Below are positions 24,697-32,000 of a DNA stretch of 32,000 bases, piece after piece; within the stretch, counting starts at the first letter, position 1, and every line of letters begins with the position of its first letter. Origin of the DNA: Bellilinea caldifistulae. GTDB lineage: Bacteria; Chloroflexota; Anaerolineae; Anaerolineales; Anaerolineaceae. The stretch is from assembly GCF_001306055.1 (NCBI RefSeq), contig NZ_LGHJ01000022.1:11585-43584 (forward strand), read 5' to 3'. A program made the translations under genes and the position numbers. The notes beneath the pieces are model-generated. The model was not told the DNA's origin. It saw only the letters and a list, made by a program, of their open reading frames with translations, and ran no database searches.

Positions 24697-26670
24697 ATGG
24701 CGGCCTGTCACGTAGTCCAACAAACCCATCCCTATCTCAATGGTCATTATATCGCTTTGGTTGGAAATCCAAATGTTGGTAAATCGGTTTTGTTCCACCG
24801 ACTTACTGGTCAATATGTGATGGTTTCAAATTATCCCGGTACAACAGTGGAAGTTTCACAGGGCAGATTGCGAAAAATGGAAGGGGTAACCCTGATTGAC
24901 ACGCCGGGAGTTGTCAGTTTCCCTTCTCGCAGCGAGGACGAACAGGTAACCGAACGGGTCTTGTTCAATAACGATCTTCGCACGGTGATTCAGGTGGGCG
25001 ATGCTAAAAACTTACGTCGTACCCTGCATCTCACCATACAACTGGCAGAAATGGGACTTCCATTGGTGCTGGCTTTAAATATGATGGATGAAGCGCGAAT
25101 GCGGGGGCTAGAGATTCGTACGGAGGTGATGGAGCGGGCTTTTGGAATACCCATCATCCAGACCGTTGCGACCCGAGGAAACGGAATTGAGGAAGTTGAA
25201 CGGGCAATTCAATCTGCCCGCCCTGTAACCCTGAAAATTCAATATCCCCCGGATATTGAGCAAGCCCTGCAAGCCATTGAGCAGATGGCGTTTGAATCGC
25301 CCATCTCCATCCGTTCACTATCTCTTTTATGGTTGGTGCAAGATCCGGTTTGTGAAATATGGGTGGAAGAAAATACAGCCAATAGCATTCGGGAAAAAAT
25401 GATTGAAATACGCAGCGGTCTGATGGAGAAATATCCCGAAGGGGTGGATCTGGTCATCCAAAAAAGCCGGGAGGATTTTATCGCGCATCTGGTTCAAGAA
25501 TCGTTGCAAGAAACAAAAAGCTCAACCTCAAGCAGGATTCATTTGAGCCATCTGACCATTCACCCTGTTTGGGGTGTACCCATCTTGTTGATGGTTTTAT
25601 ATGCCATGTACTGGTTTGTAGGTGTCTTTGGGGCAGGTACACTGGTAGGCCTGCTGGAAGAGCGGTTGTTTGGCGAGATCATCAACCCATGGCTGATTGG
25701 CCTGAGTGAAAAATTTATCCCGTGGGAAATGGTGCGTAATTTTCTGGTCGGTGAATATGGTTTTTGGACCATGGGAATGACCTACGCGCTGGCTCTCCTG
25801 TTGCCAATCGTGCTGACATTCTTCATCGCGTTTGGAATTTTGGAAGATTCGGGGTATTTACCGCGGGTGGCGGTTTTGAGTAACCGTTTGTTTTCGGCAA
25901 TTGGGTTAAACGGTCAGGCGGTTTTGCCAATGGTGTTGGGGCTGGGTTGTGTGACCATGGCAACCATGACCACTCGAATTTTGAATCGCCCAAGAGATCG
26001 GATTCTGGTCACCTTGCTTTTAGCGCTGGCCGTACCCTGTTCGGCCCAATTGGGAGTTGTAATGGGAATGCTCGCGGCAATCTCTTTCAGTGCAACTTTA
26101 ATTTGGGGTGGGGTGATTTTTCTGGTCTTGATGCTGGTTGGATGGTTGGCTTCGAAAGTGTTACCCGGAGAAAGAACGCCCTTGATTGTGGAATTGCCTC
26201 CTTTAAGGATGCCGGTTTTTACCAATGTGATTTTCAAGACCCTGGCCAGACTGGAATGGTACATCAAGGAGGCTGTGCCATTATTCTTGTTGGGTACGGT
26301 AATTTTATTCGTGCTGGATACGCTTCACCTGTTGCCGGCCCTGATTGAAACCCTCAAGCCGATTGTCACCGGTTGGCTTGGCTTACCCCCCGAAGCGGCT
26401 TCTGCTCTGATGATGGGTTTTCTGCGACGTGATTTTGCTGCTACTGGCTTTTTTGTGATGCAATCACAGGGTCATCTGAGTGATTTGCAGGCTCTGGTTT
26501 CGATTACAACCATTACTCTTTTCATCCCCTGTATTGCTTCGGTCTTTATGATGATCAAAGAACGGGGTTGGAAAATCGGTTTGGGCATGGTAGCGTTTAT
26601 TTTGCCGTTCTCGGTGTTGGTGGGCGGTTTTTTAATGCGATTGTTGAGTGGATTGGGCTGGGGTTCATAA
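24697..26670 (+). CDS. feoB: ferrous iron transporter FeoB
   Basis: The G-domain shows IALVGNPNVGKSVLFHRLTG, DTPG and LNMMD, followed by a large polytopic C-terminal domain. GAGG lies 5 nt before ATG 24697. Confidence 0.95.
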   Translation: MAACHVVQQTHPYLNGHYIALVGNPNVGKSVLFHRLTGQYVMVSNYPGTTVEVSQGRLRKMEGVTLIDTPGVVSFPSRSEDEQVTERVLFNNDLRTVIQVGDAKNLRRTLHLTIQLAEMGLPLVLALNMMDEARMRGLEIRTEVMERAFGIPIIQTVATRGNGIEEVERAIQSARPVTLKIQYPPDIEQALQAIEQMAFESPISIRSLSLLWLVQDPVCEIWVEENTANSIREKMIEIRSGLMEKYPEGVDLVIQKSREDFIAHLVQESLQETKSSTSSRIHLSHLTIHPVWGVPILLMVLYAMYWFVGVFGAGTLVGLLEERLFGEIINPWLIGLSEKFIPWEMVRNFLVGEYGFWTMGMTYALALLLPIVLTFFIAFGILEDSGYLPRVAVLSNRLFSAIGLNGQAVLPMVLGLGCVTMATMTTRILNRPRDRILVTLLLALAVPCSAQLGVVMGMLAAISFSATLIWGGVIFLVLMLVGWLASKVLPGERTPLIVELPPLRMPVFTNVIFKTLARLEWYIKEAVPLFLLGTVILFVLDTLHLLPALIETLKPIVTGWLGLPPEAASALMMGFLRRDFAATGFFVMQSQGHLSDLQALVSITTITLFIPCIASVFMMIKERGWKIGLGMVAFILPFSVLVGGFLMRLLSGLGWGS

Positions 26671-26671
26671 A

Positions 26672-26911
26672 ATGACACAAAAAATTCAAGGCAATCCTGT
26701 GGTTCGTTCGTCCGACTTGATTAAGTGCTCTATGTGTGGTTTGGAATATGACCCGTCGGAAAACCCGGCTTGCGGAACATGTCCGCTTCATCGGGGCTGC
26801 ACGATGACCTGCTGTCCGCGATGTGGAACGACGAATATCAATATTCATCAATCCCGGGCGGTTGGGTTTGCAAAAAGACTGTTTTGGGGAGGTAACCGTG
26901 TTTCATCATAG
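26672..26911 (+). CDS. small Cys-rich protein (8 Cys, zinc-ribbon-like), unknown function
   Basis: The sequence is MTQKIQGNPVVRSSDLIKCSMCGLEYDPSENPACGTCPLHRGCTMTCCPRCG.... The ATG comes 1 nt after the feoB stop, and the 3' end overlaps the feoA GTG by 14 nt. No TM segment is present. Confidence 0.5.
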   Translation: MTQKIQGNPVVRSSDLIKCSMCGLEYDPSENPACGTCPLHRGCTMTCCPRCGTTNINIHQSRAVGFAKRLFWGGNRVSS

Positions 26912-27182
26912 GAAAAGACAACGTTGTGCGCGCGGTTACGAAGCCAATGACCATTGCCTGGCGCTGTGTCAGGTAGCGCCGGGGCGTGAAGTAAAAATTC
27001 GCGAAATGGAAAGACTGCACCCTCCCTTTCGCCGGCATTTACATGCCTACGGTCTGCTGCCCGGCCGTTGCATCCGGGTTATTACACAACAACCAGTGAC
27101 CATCATCCAGGTAGAGCAAATGGAACTGGCTTTCGAAAAAAGTGTCGCAGAGGGGATTCTGGTAGAGCCGGTTAACGAATAA
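26898..27182 (+). CDS. feoA: FeoA-domain protein with a His/Cys-rich N-terminal extension
   Basis: LCQVAPGREVKIREMERLHPPFRRHLHAYGLLPGRCIRVITQQPVTIIQVEQMELAFEKSVAEGILVEPV fits the FeoA SH3-like pattern. GGAGG lies 5 nt before an in-frame GTG at 26898. Confidence 0.75.
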   Translation: MFHHRKRQRCARGYEANDHCLALCQVAPGREVKIREMERLHPPFRRHLHAYGLLPGRCIRVITQQPVTIIQVEQMELAFEKSVAEGILVEPVNE

Positions 27183-27204
27183 AACTTAAGATATCTTAAA
27201 AATT

Positions 27205-27237
27205 TTCCCCTTGTATTGACAAGGGGAATTGATTTTT
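27205..27237 (+). terminator. intrinsic terminator of the fur-feo operon
   Basis: TTCCCCTTG (27205-27213) and CAAGGGGAA (27220-27228) form a 9-bp stem with a 6-nt loop, followed by TTGATTTTT. Confidence 0.65.
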
Positions 27238-27245
27238 GCTATACT
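27216..27245 (+). promoter_or_regulatory. candidate promoter of the lacI-family/sugar ABC operon (TTGACA-18 nt-TATACT)
   Basis: The -35 TTGACA (27216-27221) lies in the loop and 3' arm of the preceding terminator. The -10 is TATACT at 27240-27245. Confidence 0.5.
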
Positions 27246-27276
27246 GAAAGTGCTTTCATAAAAGTACTTTCAGTAT
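27241..27276. promoter_or_regulatory. 36-nt inverted repeat carrying two LacI-type half-palindromic operators
   Basis: ATACTGAAAGTGCTTT-CATA-AAAGTACTTTCAGTAT has 16-nt arms with one G/T mismatch. It contains TGAAAGTGCTTTCA and AAAGTACTTT, which resemble LacI/CcpA-type TGAAAGCGCTTTCA operators. Confidence 0.5.
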
Positions 27277-27296
27277 GACGTTATTTCCTTGTAGAA

Positions 27297-28304
27297 ATGC
27301 TTTCACGAAAAAATCCCCCCACGATTTATGATGTTGCCCGCTCGGCGGGGGTGAGCATTTCTACGGTTTCACGCGTGTTGAACAACCCGGAAAGGGTGAA
27401 CGAATCTACCCGCTTGCATGTGCTGGCAACCATAGACGAATTGGGTTTTATTCCAAAAGCGGAAGCGCGGGCAAGGGCATTGCGCTCTTCCGGAAGAGTA
27501 GGGGTCATCACCCCCTTTTTTACTGCGCCTTCTTTCGTTCAACGGTTACGGGGAGTGGCATCGGTCCTGACGGAATCCAATTATGAGTTGGTGATTTTTA
27601 CTGTTGATACCCTGGATCGCTTACAGCACTACCTGGATACCATCCCATTGACTCATAATCTGGACGGGTTGATTCTTATCTCGGTGCGGGTGGATGAAAA
27701 GACGGCCGGGCGAATCATCCAACATAAACTGGAAACGGTTTTGATTGAGTATCCGTTGAATGTTTTCAGTAGTGTAGAAATTGATGATGAAGAGGGCGGA
27801 AAAATGGCCGCCCGCTACCTTTTAGGGAAGGGACATTCGAATTTTGCATTTGTGGGCGAAACGAATTTTCCGAAATATGGGATTAACCCGATTAGTTCAC
27901 GGTTGAAAGGTTTTCAGCAGGTATTATCCGAATCAAATGTCGCCTTTTCAGACGCCCACATTTGGGAAACTCCATACCATGTGGATGCAACCCGCTTTGT
28001 TGCTTTGGAAAGATTGAAAACAGCAAAAATGCCCCTTGCAATCTTCTCGGCAACCGATCTTCAAGCAATTGGAGTGATCAAAGCCGTGAGGCAATTGGGG
28101 TTACGGATTCCTGAGGATGTATCCATTTTGGGTTTTGATGATTTGGATATTGCGGATTACATGGAACTCTCTACCGTGCGCCAACCGCTGGATGAATCCG
28201 GACGGGTAGCGGCTGAGCTGCTCTTTTCGCGCATGCTTGATTCAAACCGTCCGATTCAACACATTCGTTTACCGTTGTCTTTGATCGAACGTGGGACAAC
28301 TTGA
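27297..28304 (+). CDS. LacI family transcriptional regulator
   Basis: The HTH is PTIYDVARSAGVSISTVSRVLNN, followed by a periplasmic-binding-protein-like sugar-binding core. Confidence 0.9.
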   Translation: MLSRKNPPTIYDVARSAGVSISTVSRVLNNPERVNESTRLHVLATIDELGFIPKAEARARALRSSGRVGVITPFFTAPSFVQRLRGVASVLTESNYELVIFTVDTLDRLQHYLDTIPLTHNLDGLILISVRVDEKTAGRIIQHKLETVLIEYPLNVFSSVEIDDEEGGKMAARYLLGKGHSNFAFVGETNFPKYGINPISSRLKGFQQVLSESNVAFSDAHIWETPYHVDATRFVALERLKTAKMPLAIFSATDLQAIGVIKAVRQLGLRIPEDVSILGFDDLDIADYMELSTVRQPLDESGRVAAELLFSRMLDSNRPIQHIRLPLSLIERGTT

Positions 28305-28424
28305 TGTGGAACGGTCAAATCTTTGAGAGGAGGTGATGAATCCAGACGACAGATAAGGAAAGTTTGTAACGATGGCCAAATTGGCATGCTGTTCTGTCCA
28401 AATTTTGAGTTTTTGGAGGAGAAA

Positions 28425-29771
28425 ATGAAAAACCGTTTCTGGCAAGTTTTGGCAATTTTGATGGTTGCTGCGCTGGTGCTGGCTGCCTGTGCTCAACCGA
28501 CTGCTGCACCGACTCAACCGCCGGCTGCTTCTGGTGGTTCTTACCTTGATCGCGCTTTTGCGGGTGAATTCAAAGGTACGGTGGTTACCATGGCCGGACC
28601 TTTCACCGACAATGATGCGGTCAAATTCGAACAATCCATCAAGAATTTTGAGGACCAAACCGGCATTGACATTCAATACGAAGGTTCGAAGGAATTTGAA
28701 GCCTCCATTTCCATTCGTATTGATGGCGGTAATCCCCCCGATATCGTAGACTTCCCCCAACCGGGTTTACTGGCGACCTTTGCGGCTAAAGGTAAAGCCA
28801 TTGACGTGAGCACCTTCCTGGACATGGAAAAGCTGAAGAAGAATTACAATCAATCCTGGTTGGATATGGCTATGATGGACAGCCCGAATGGCAAGATCAT
28901 GGCCGGCGTGTGGGGGCGTGTAAACGGTAAGTCATTGGTGTGGTACCCCAAGAAAGCCTTTGATGAAGCCGGTTACAAAATCCCGACCACCTGGGATGAA
29001 TTGCTGGCATTGAGTGAAGAAATCAAAAATGACGGCGATGCCCCTTGGTGTGTGGGTATCGAATCCGGCGCTGCTACCGGTTGGCCGATGACCGACTGGA
29101 TCGAGGAAACCATGTTGCGCACCACCTCGCTTGAAAACTATGACAAGTGGGTGAAAGGTGAATTGAAATTCGACTCACCCGAAGTGCGCCGGGCGATTGA
29201 AAAGGTGACCGAAATCTGGTTCACGGATGGATATGTGTACGGCGGCCGGCAGGCAATTGCGACCACCTTCTTTGGAGATGCTCCGAAGCCCATGTTTGAC
29301 AATCCGCCCAAGTGCTGGCTGCACAAACAGGGTAATTTCATCACCACCTTCTTCCCCGAAGGTTTGACCGCGGGTGTGGATTATGACTTCTTCTACTTCC
29401 CGCCAATTGATCCTGCTTACGGAAAGCCCGTGTTGGTGGCAGGCGATATCTATGCCATGTTCAATGATCGTCCAGAAGTACGTGCGGTTATGGAGTACTT
29501 CACGACGGGCGCTTCGGTGGAAGGTTGGGTGCGTGCCGGTGGCGCGATTTCACCTCATCTCGACTCCAGCCTCGACTGGTACTCCAATGAAGTTGACCGC
29601 GGCGTTGCTGAGATTATCTTGAACGCAACCTCGGTCCGGTTTGACGGCTCGGATCTGATGCCCGGTGCAGTGGGTGCAGGTTCCTTCTGGAAGAGTATGA
29701 CCTCTTATGTATCCGGTGCTATTGATCTGGATACTGCATTGAGAGACATTGACGCTTCCTGGCCGAAATAA
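28425..29771 (+). CDS. carbohydrate ABC transporter substrate-binding lipoprotein (family 1, AglE/alpha-glucoside-like)
   Basis: GGAGGAG lies before ATG 28425. The signal/lipobox is VAALVLAACAQP. GAATGWPMTDWIEETMLR is typical of sugar-binding proteins. The track ORF starts upstream at 28323. Confidence 0.85.
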   Translation: MKNRFWQVLAILMVAALVLAACAQPTAAPTQPPAASGGSYLDRAFAGEFKGTVVTMAGPFTDNDAVKFEQSIKNFEDQTGIDIQYEGSKEFEASISIRIDGGNPPDIVDFPQPGLLATFAAKGKAIDVSTFLDMEKLKKNYNQSWLDMAMMDSPNGKIMAGVWGRVNGKSLVWYPKKAFDEAGYKIPTTWDELLALSEEIKNDGDAPWCVGIESGAATGWPMTDWIEETMLRTTSLENYDKWVKGELKFDSPEVRRAIEKVTEIWFTDGYVYGGRQAIATTFFGDAPKPMFDNPPKCWLHKQGNFITTFFPEGLTAGVDYDFFYFPPIDPAYGKPVLVAGDIYAMFNDRPEVRAVMEYFTTGASVEGWVRAGGAISPHLDSSLDWYSNEVDRGVAEIILNATSVRFDGSDLMPGAVGAGSFWKSMTSYVSGAIDLDTALRDIDASWPK

Positions 29772-29819
29772 GTCCATCAACGCATCCATCTCAGAAGGGT
29801 AAACACCCTGTGTAAGTTG

Positions 29820-29857
29820 GAGGGGCAGGTCTTTTGTAAGGGGATAACCTGCCCCTC
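29820..29857 (+). other. intercistronic stem-loop after the binding-protein gene
   Basis: GAGGGGCAGG (29820-29829) pairs with CCTGCCCCTC (29848-29857) in a 10-bp stem with an 18-nt loop. The tail is only TTCTCCCC, so it is more likely a stabiliser or partial terminator than a full terminator. Confidence 0.4.
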
Positions 29858-29917
29858 TTCTCCCCAGAAAAATTATATAATCTTAAGGGACTTCCTTTTT
29901 AGAGAAAGGAGCGCAAA

Positions 29918-31036
29918 ATGCAAAACCAGCCAAGATTAAGTGCGGGAGACCAAATCCTCAATTGGTTGACCACAGGGGTGGGGAGATTACTGGCTTCTAT
30001 TTTTGTCCCATTAGTCACCTTTCTGGTGCTGTGGCGTGGTTTTATCTTTCTTAGAGACAGCAATGCCCCTCAATTCATCATTGTTGTGGTTGCGATTGTC
30101 TGGGGAGTTGGAGGGGTAGCGCTCCTGTATGGGGTATCCAACTGGCTGGTGGAAAAACTATCCGGCGAGTGGGTTCGCCGGCTTCAACCCTTTATTTTCA
30201 TTGGCCCGGCCATTGCAATTTTATTCTGGTACCTATTTCTGCCCACTATTCGTACGCTCATTTTAAGCTTTCAGGATGGTTTGGGGAGAAATTTTGTGGG
30301 GATTGAAAATTATATTTTCGCCTTTACAGACAGGGTCATGTTGGAGGCTTTCCGGAATAATTTGCTGTGGATGGTACTGGGAACCGGTTTCAGTGTTGGT
30401 TTGGGGCTTTTGATAGCCGTACTCGCTGACCGTACCCCGTTTGAAAAGGTCTATAAAGCCATCATATTTATGCCGATGGCGATTTCATTCGTCGGTGCTG
30501 GTGTGATTTGGAAATTTGTCTATGCCTATCGAGGGGAAGGAGTTGGTATTCAGGAGATTGGGCTGCTGAATGCGATTGTGATTGGGTTAGGTGGTAAGGC
30601 TCAGCCATGGTTGTTGCTACCCCCAATAAACAATCTCTTCCTGATCGTGATTATGGTTTGGCTGCAAACCGGTTACGCCATGGTGATTTTATCCTCTGCC
30701 ATTAAGGGCATACCTTCGGAATTACTGGAGGCTGCCCGGGTGGATGGCGCCAACGAATTTCAGGTGTTCTTCCAAATCATGGTACCCACAATTCAAAGTA
30801 CACTTTTGACCGTTACTACGACCATCGTCATTTTCAGTTTGAAGCTGTTTGATATTGTTCGGGTCATGACAGGGGGGAATTACGGCACTAATGTGATTGC
30901 AAATGAATTTTACCTTCAGCAATTTACTTATAATCACTCTGGCAGAGCTTCGGCAATTGCTATTGTGCTTTTAATTGCGGTCATTCCGGTGATGATCTAC
31001 AATCTCCGCCAGTTCCGCAAAAGGAGGGCATTCTGA
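29918..31036 (+). CDS. carbohydrate ABC transporter permease (MalF/AglF-like)
   Basis: It is a polytopic protein with the EAA motif LLEAARVDGANEFQVFFQIMVP. Its stop overlaps the next start (ATGA-type overlap at 31036). Confidence 0.85.
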   Translation: MQNQPRLSAGDQILNWLTTGVGRLLASIFVPLVTFLVLWRGFIFLRDSNAPQFIIVVVAIVWGVGGVALLYGVSNWLVEKLSGEWVRRLQPFIFIGPAIAILFWYLFLPTIRTLILSFQDGLGRNFVGIENYIFAFTDRVMLEAFRNNLLWMVLGTGFSVGLGLLIAVLADRTPFEKVYKAIIFMPMAISFVGAGVIWKFVYAYRGEGVGIQEIGLLNAIVIGLGGKAQPWLLLPPINNLFLIVIMVWLQTGYAMVILSSAIKGIPSELLEAARVDGANEFQVFFQIMVPTIQSTLLTVTTTIVIFSLKLFDIVRVMTGGNYGTNVIANEFYLQQFTYNHSGRASAIAIVLLIAVIPVMIYNLRQFRKRRAF

Positions 31037-31464
31037 TGAGCGGCACAAAGACCAGTCAGAAGGGTCAAAAACGGCTGGGTAGCGTTTTTGTAAATGGTGT
31101 GCTGGTTTTGATCTGTCTTGTTTGGTTGATCCCTACTATTGGGGTGTTCATTACCTCTTTTCGAAACAGCGAGGACATATATAGCAGCGGCTGGTGGACG
31201 GTCTTTCCGCATCGTGGCTGGGTGAAAGTCGAAGAAATTCGCGTCCCTGAATCGATAGATGTGGATCAGCCGTTTGAGGTTGCAGGGGTAACCGCCGATT
31301 TTAGTACGCTGCGTCAGGGGATCGTAACACCGGATGGCCGTAAAATCACCTGGATTGGAAATAAACGTTCCCGGTTGGTGATTGTGGAAGAAAAACGGTG
31401 GGTGGGCTTTTCGGCTCGGTTAACGCTGGATAATTACCGCGATACATTAAGCGGAGAGAGTTGA
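31036..31464 (+). pseudogene. carbohydrate ABC transporter permease (MalG/AglG-like), truncated after ~140 codons
   Basis: Only the N-terminal TM1 (VLVLICLVWLIPTIGVFITSFR) and the long periplasmic loop up to LTLDNYRDTLSGES are present. TM2-6 and the EAA loop are missing, and IS-derived sequence follows. Confidence 0.65.
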
Positions 31465-32000
31465 AAAATCAAGCGTAATACGCCGAGCAGGCTGTTTGAG
31501 GGGTGGAAAAGCCGCACCCGATGGGGTATCCACCCTAAAATAAAGGGGCTGTGTATCTTGATTTGACCTCTTCACTTCCATTTTTTCTGGATTTTTGACC
31601 ACCAGCGACACTTCACCCTCCGCATGGGAGTTCACCCTTGGATGGCGGCCCCAGCCGGGGTTTTGAACCCGACGCCAAACAGGAGCTTGACCATTCGTTT
31701 CAAGTTGAGCGCTATCGCCGTCAAAAAGGCTTGCACCGCAAAGCCCATTTTTCCCAAATACCGGCAGCGTCCCAACCCATGCCACTGTTTGGCTTCCCCA
31801 AATTTGCGTTCGATTTTGTAGCGCTGTTTCAAGCCTTGACGGTACGGTTGGGTCTGCTCCAAGGCCAGCCAGCTGTCTTTGTTGGCGTCTTTCTTCTGCG
31901 TGCGCGTCTTTTTCAAGCGAATTGCCGAGTGTAAGCCGTGCAGTTCTAAATAGAAGTGATTGTTGCCGTCATCATAGCCTTTATCCGCCGCATAGGTCTC
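31465..32000 (-). mobile_element. end of an IS5/IS1182-family insertion sequence (boundary approximate, element runs off the window)
   Basis: It contains the 3' part of a DDE transposase gene plus about 165 nt of non-coding end. It begins where the permease reading frame breaks. I could not identify a terminal inverted repeat because the other end is not in the window. Confidence 0.55.
31632..32000 (-). CDS. DDE transposase, IS5/IS1182 family, C-terminal part (5' end off the window)
   Basis: My translation from 32000 gives ETYAADKGYDDGNNHFYLELHGLHSAIRLKKTRTQKK...YRQGLKQRYKIERKFGEAKQWHGLGRCRYLGKMGFAVQAFLTAIALNLKRMVKLL. This is the typical C-terminal IERxFGxxKxxxGLxRxRYxG...NLKR block. Confidence 0.8.
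   Translation of the reverse strand, partial: ETYAADKGYDDGNNHFYLELHGLHSAIRLKKTRTQKKDANKDSWLALEQTQPYRQGLKQRYKIERKFGEAKQWHGLGRCRYLGKMGFAVQAFLTAIALNLKRMVKLLFGVGFKTPAGAAIQG

Noticed and set aside
26823-26897. Longer FeoA ORF starting at ATG 26823
   Set aside because: This stretch overlaps the Cys-rich ORF in another frame and has no SD. A GGAGG-N5-GTG at 26898 gives a FeoA of normal size.
31447-31934. ORFs 31447-31785 (-), 31624-31821 (+) and 31638-31934 (+)
   Set aside because: They overlap or lie antisense to the recognisable transposase frame (31632-32000, minus) or the non-coding IS end. None has a recognisable motif.
1-32000. Looked for CRISPR arrays, tRNA/rRNA genes, long tandem or interspersed repeats, and defence-type gene clusters
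   Set aside because: I found no regularly spaced direct repeats, no cloverleaf-like sequence in any intergenic gap and no nuclease, helicase or methylase clusters by eye. Without alignment tools I cannot exclude short dispersed repeats.

Overview
This is a compact bacterial chromosomal segment of about 30 genes on both strands, with short intergenic gaps and several 1-16 nt gene overlaps. I cannot determine the taxon without a search. The secreted-protein and sortase features are loosely reminiscent of Chloroflexota or Actinomycetota, but that is only an inference.

The window is mostly housekeeping, transport and signalling. In order it contains:
- acnA (partial) and a HisKA_3 kinase / NarL-type regulator pair with a repeat-containing membrane protein
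- typA/bipA and an M1-type metallopeptidase
- an orphan DUF2877-like gene
- a cyclase-family / GNAT-like / PlsC-like cassette
- lhgO, a LON-N-domain protein and a YbeD-like protein
- an opuC/opuB-type osmoprotectant ABC operon led by a DUF427 gene
- a CASTOR/POLLUX-like RCK channel and a TPR histidine kinase
- a c-di-GMP-I (GEMM-I) riboswitch in front of a sortase-like secreted protein
- ogt and a fur-feoB-(Cys-rich ORF)-feoA operon
- a LacI-regulated AglEFG-like sugar ABC operon whose second permease is cut off by an IS5/IS1182-family element at the window edge

I saw no rRNA, tRNA or CRISPR array.

The most interesting items are:
- the riboswitch/sortase-like pairing
- a self-contained promoter / 32-codon ORF / terminator unit upstream of the cyclase cassette
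- a 23-nt homopolymer directly abutting the DUF427 start codon
- a strong intrinsic terminator embedded at an overlapping stop/start junction
- an 8-Cys small ORF inside the feo operon

All family calls come from motif recognition by eye. No database search was run.
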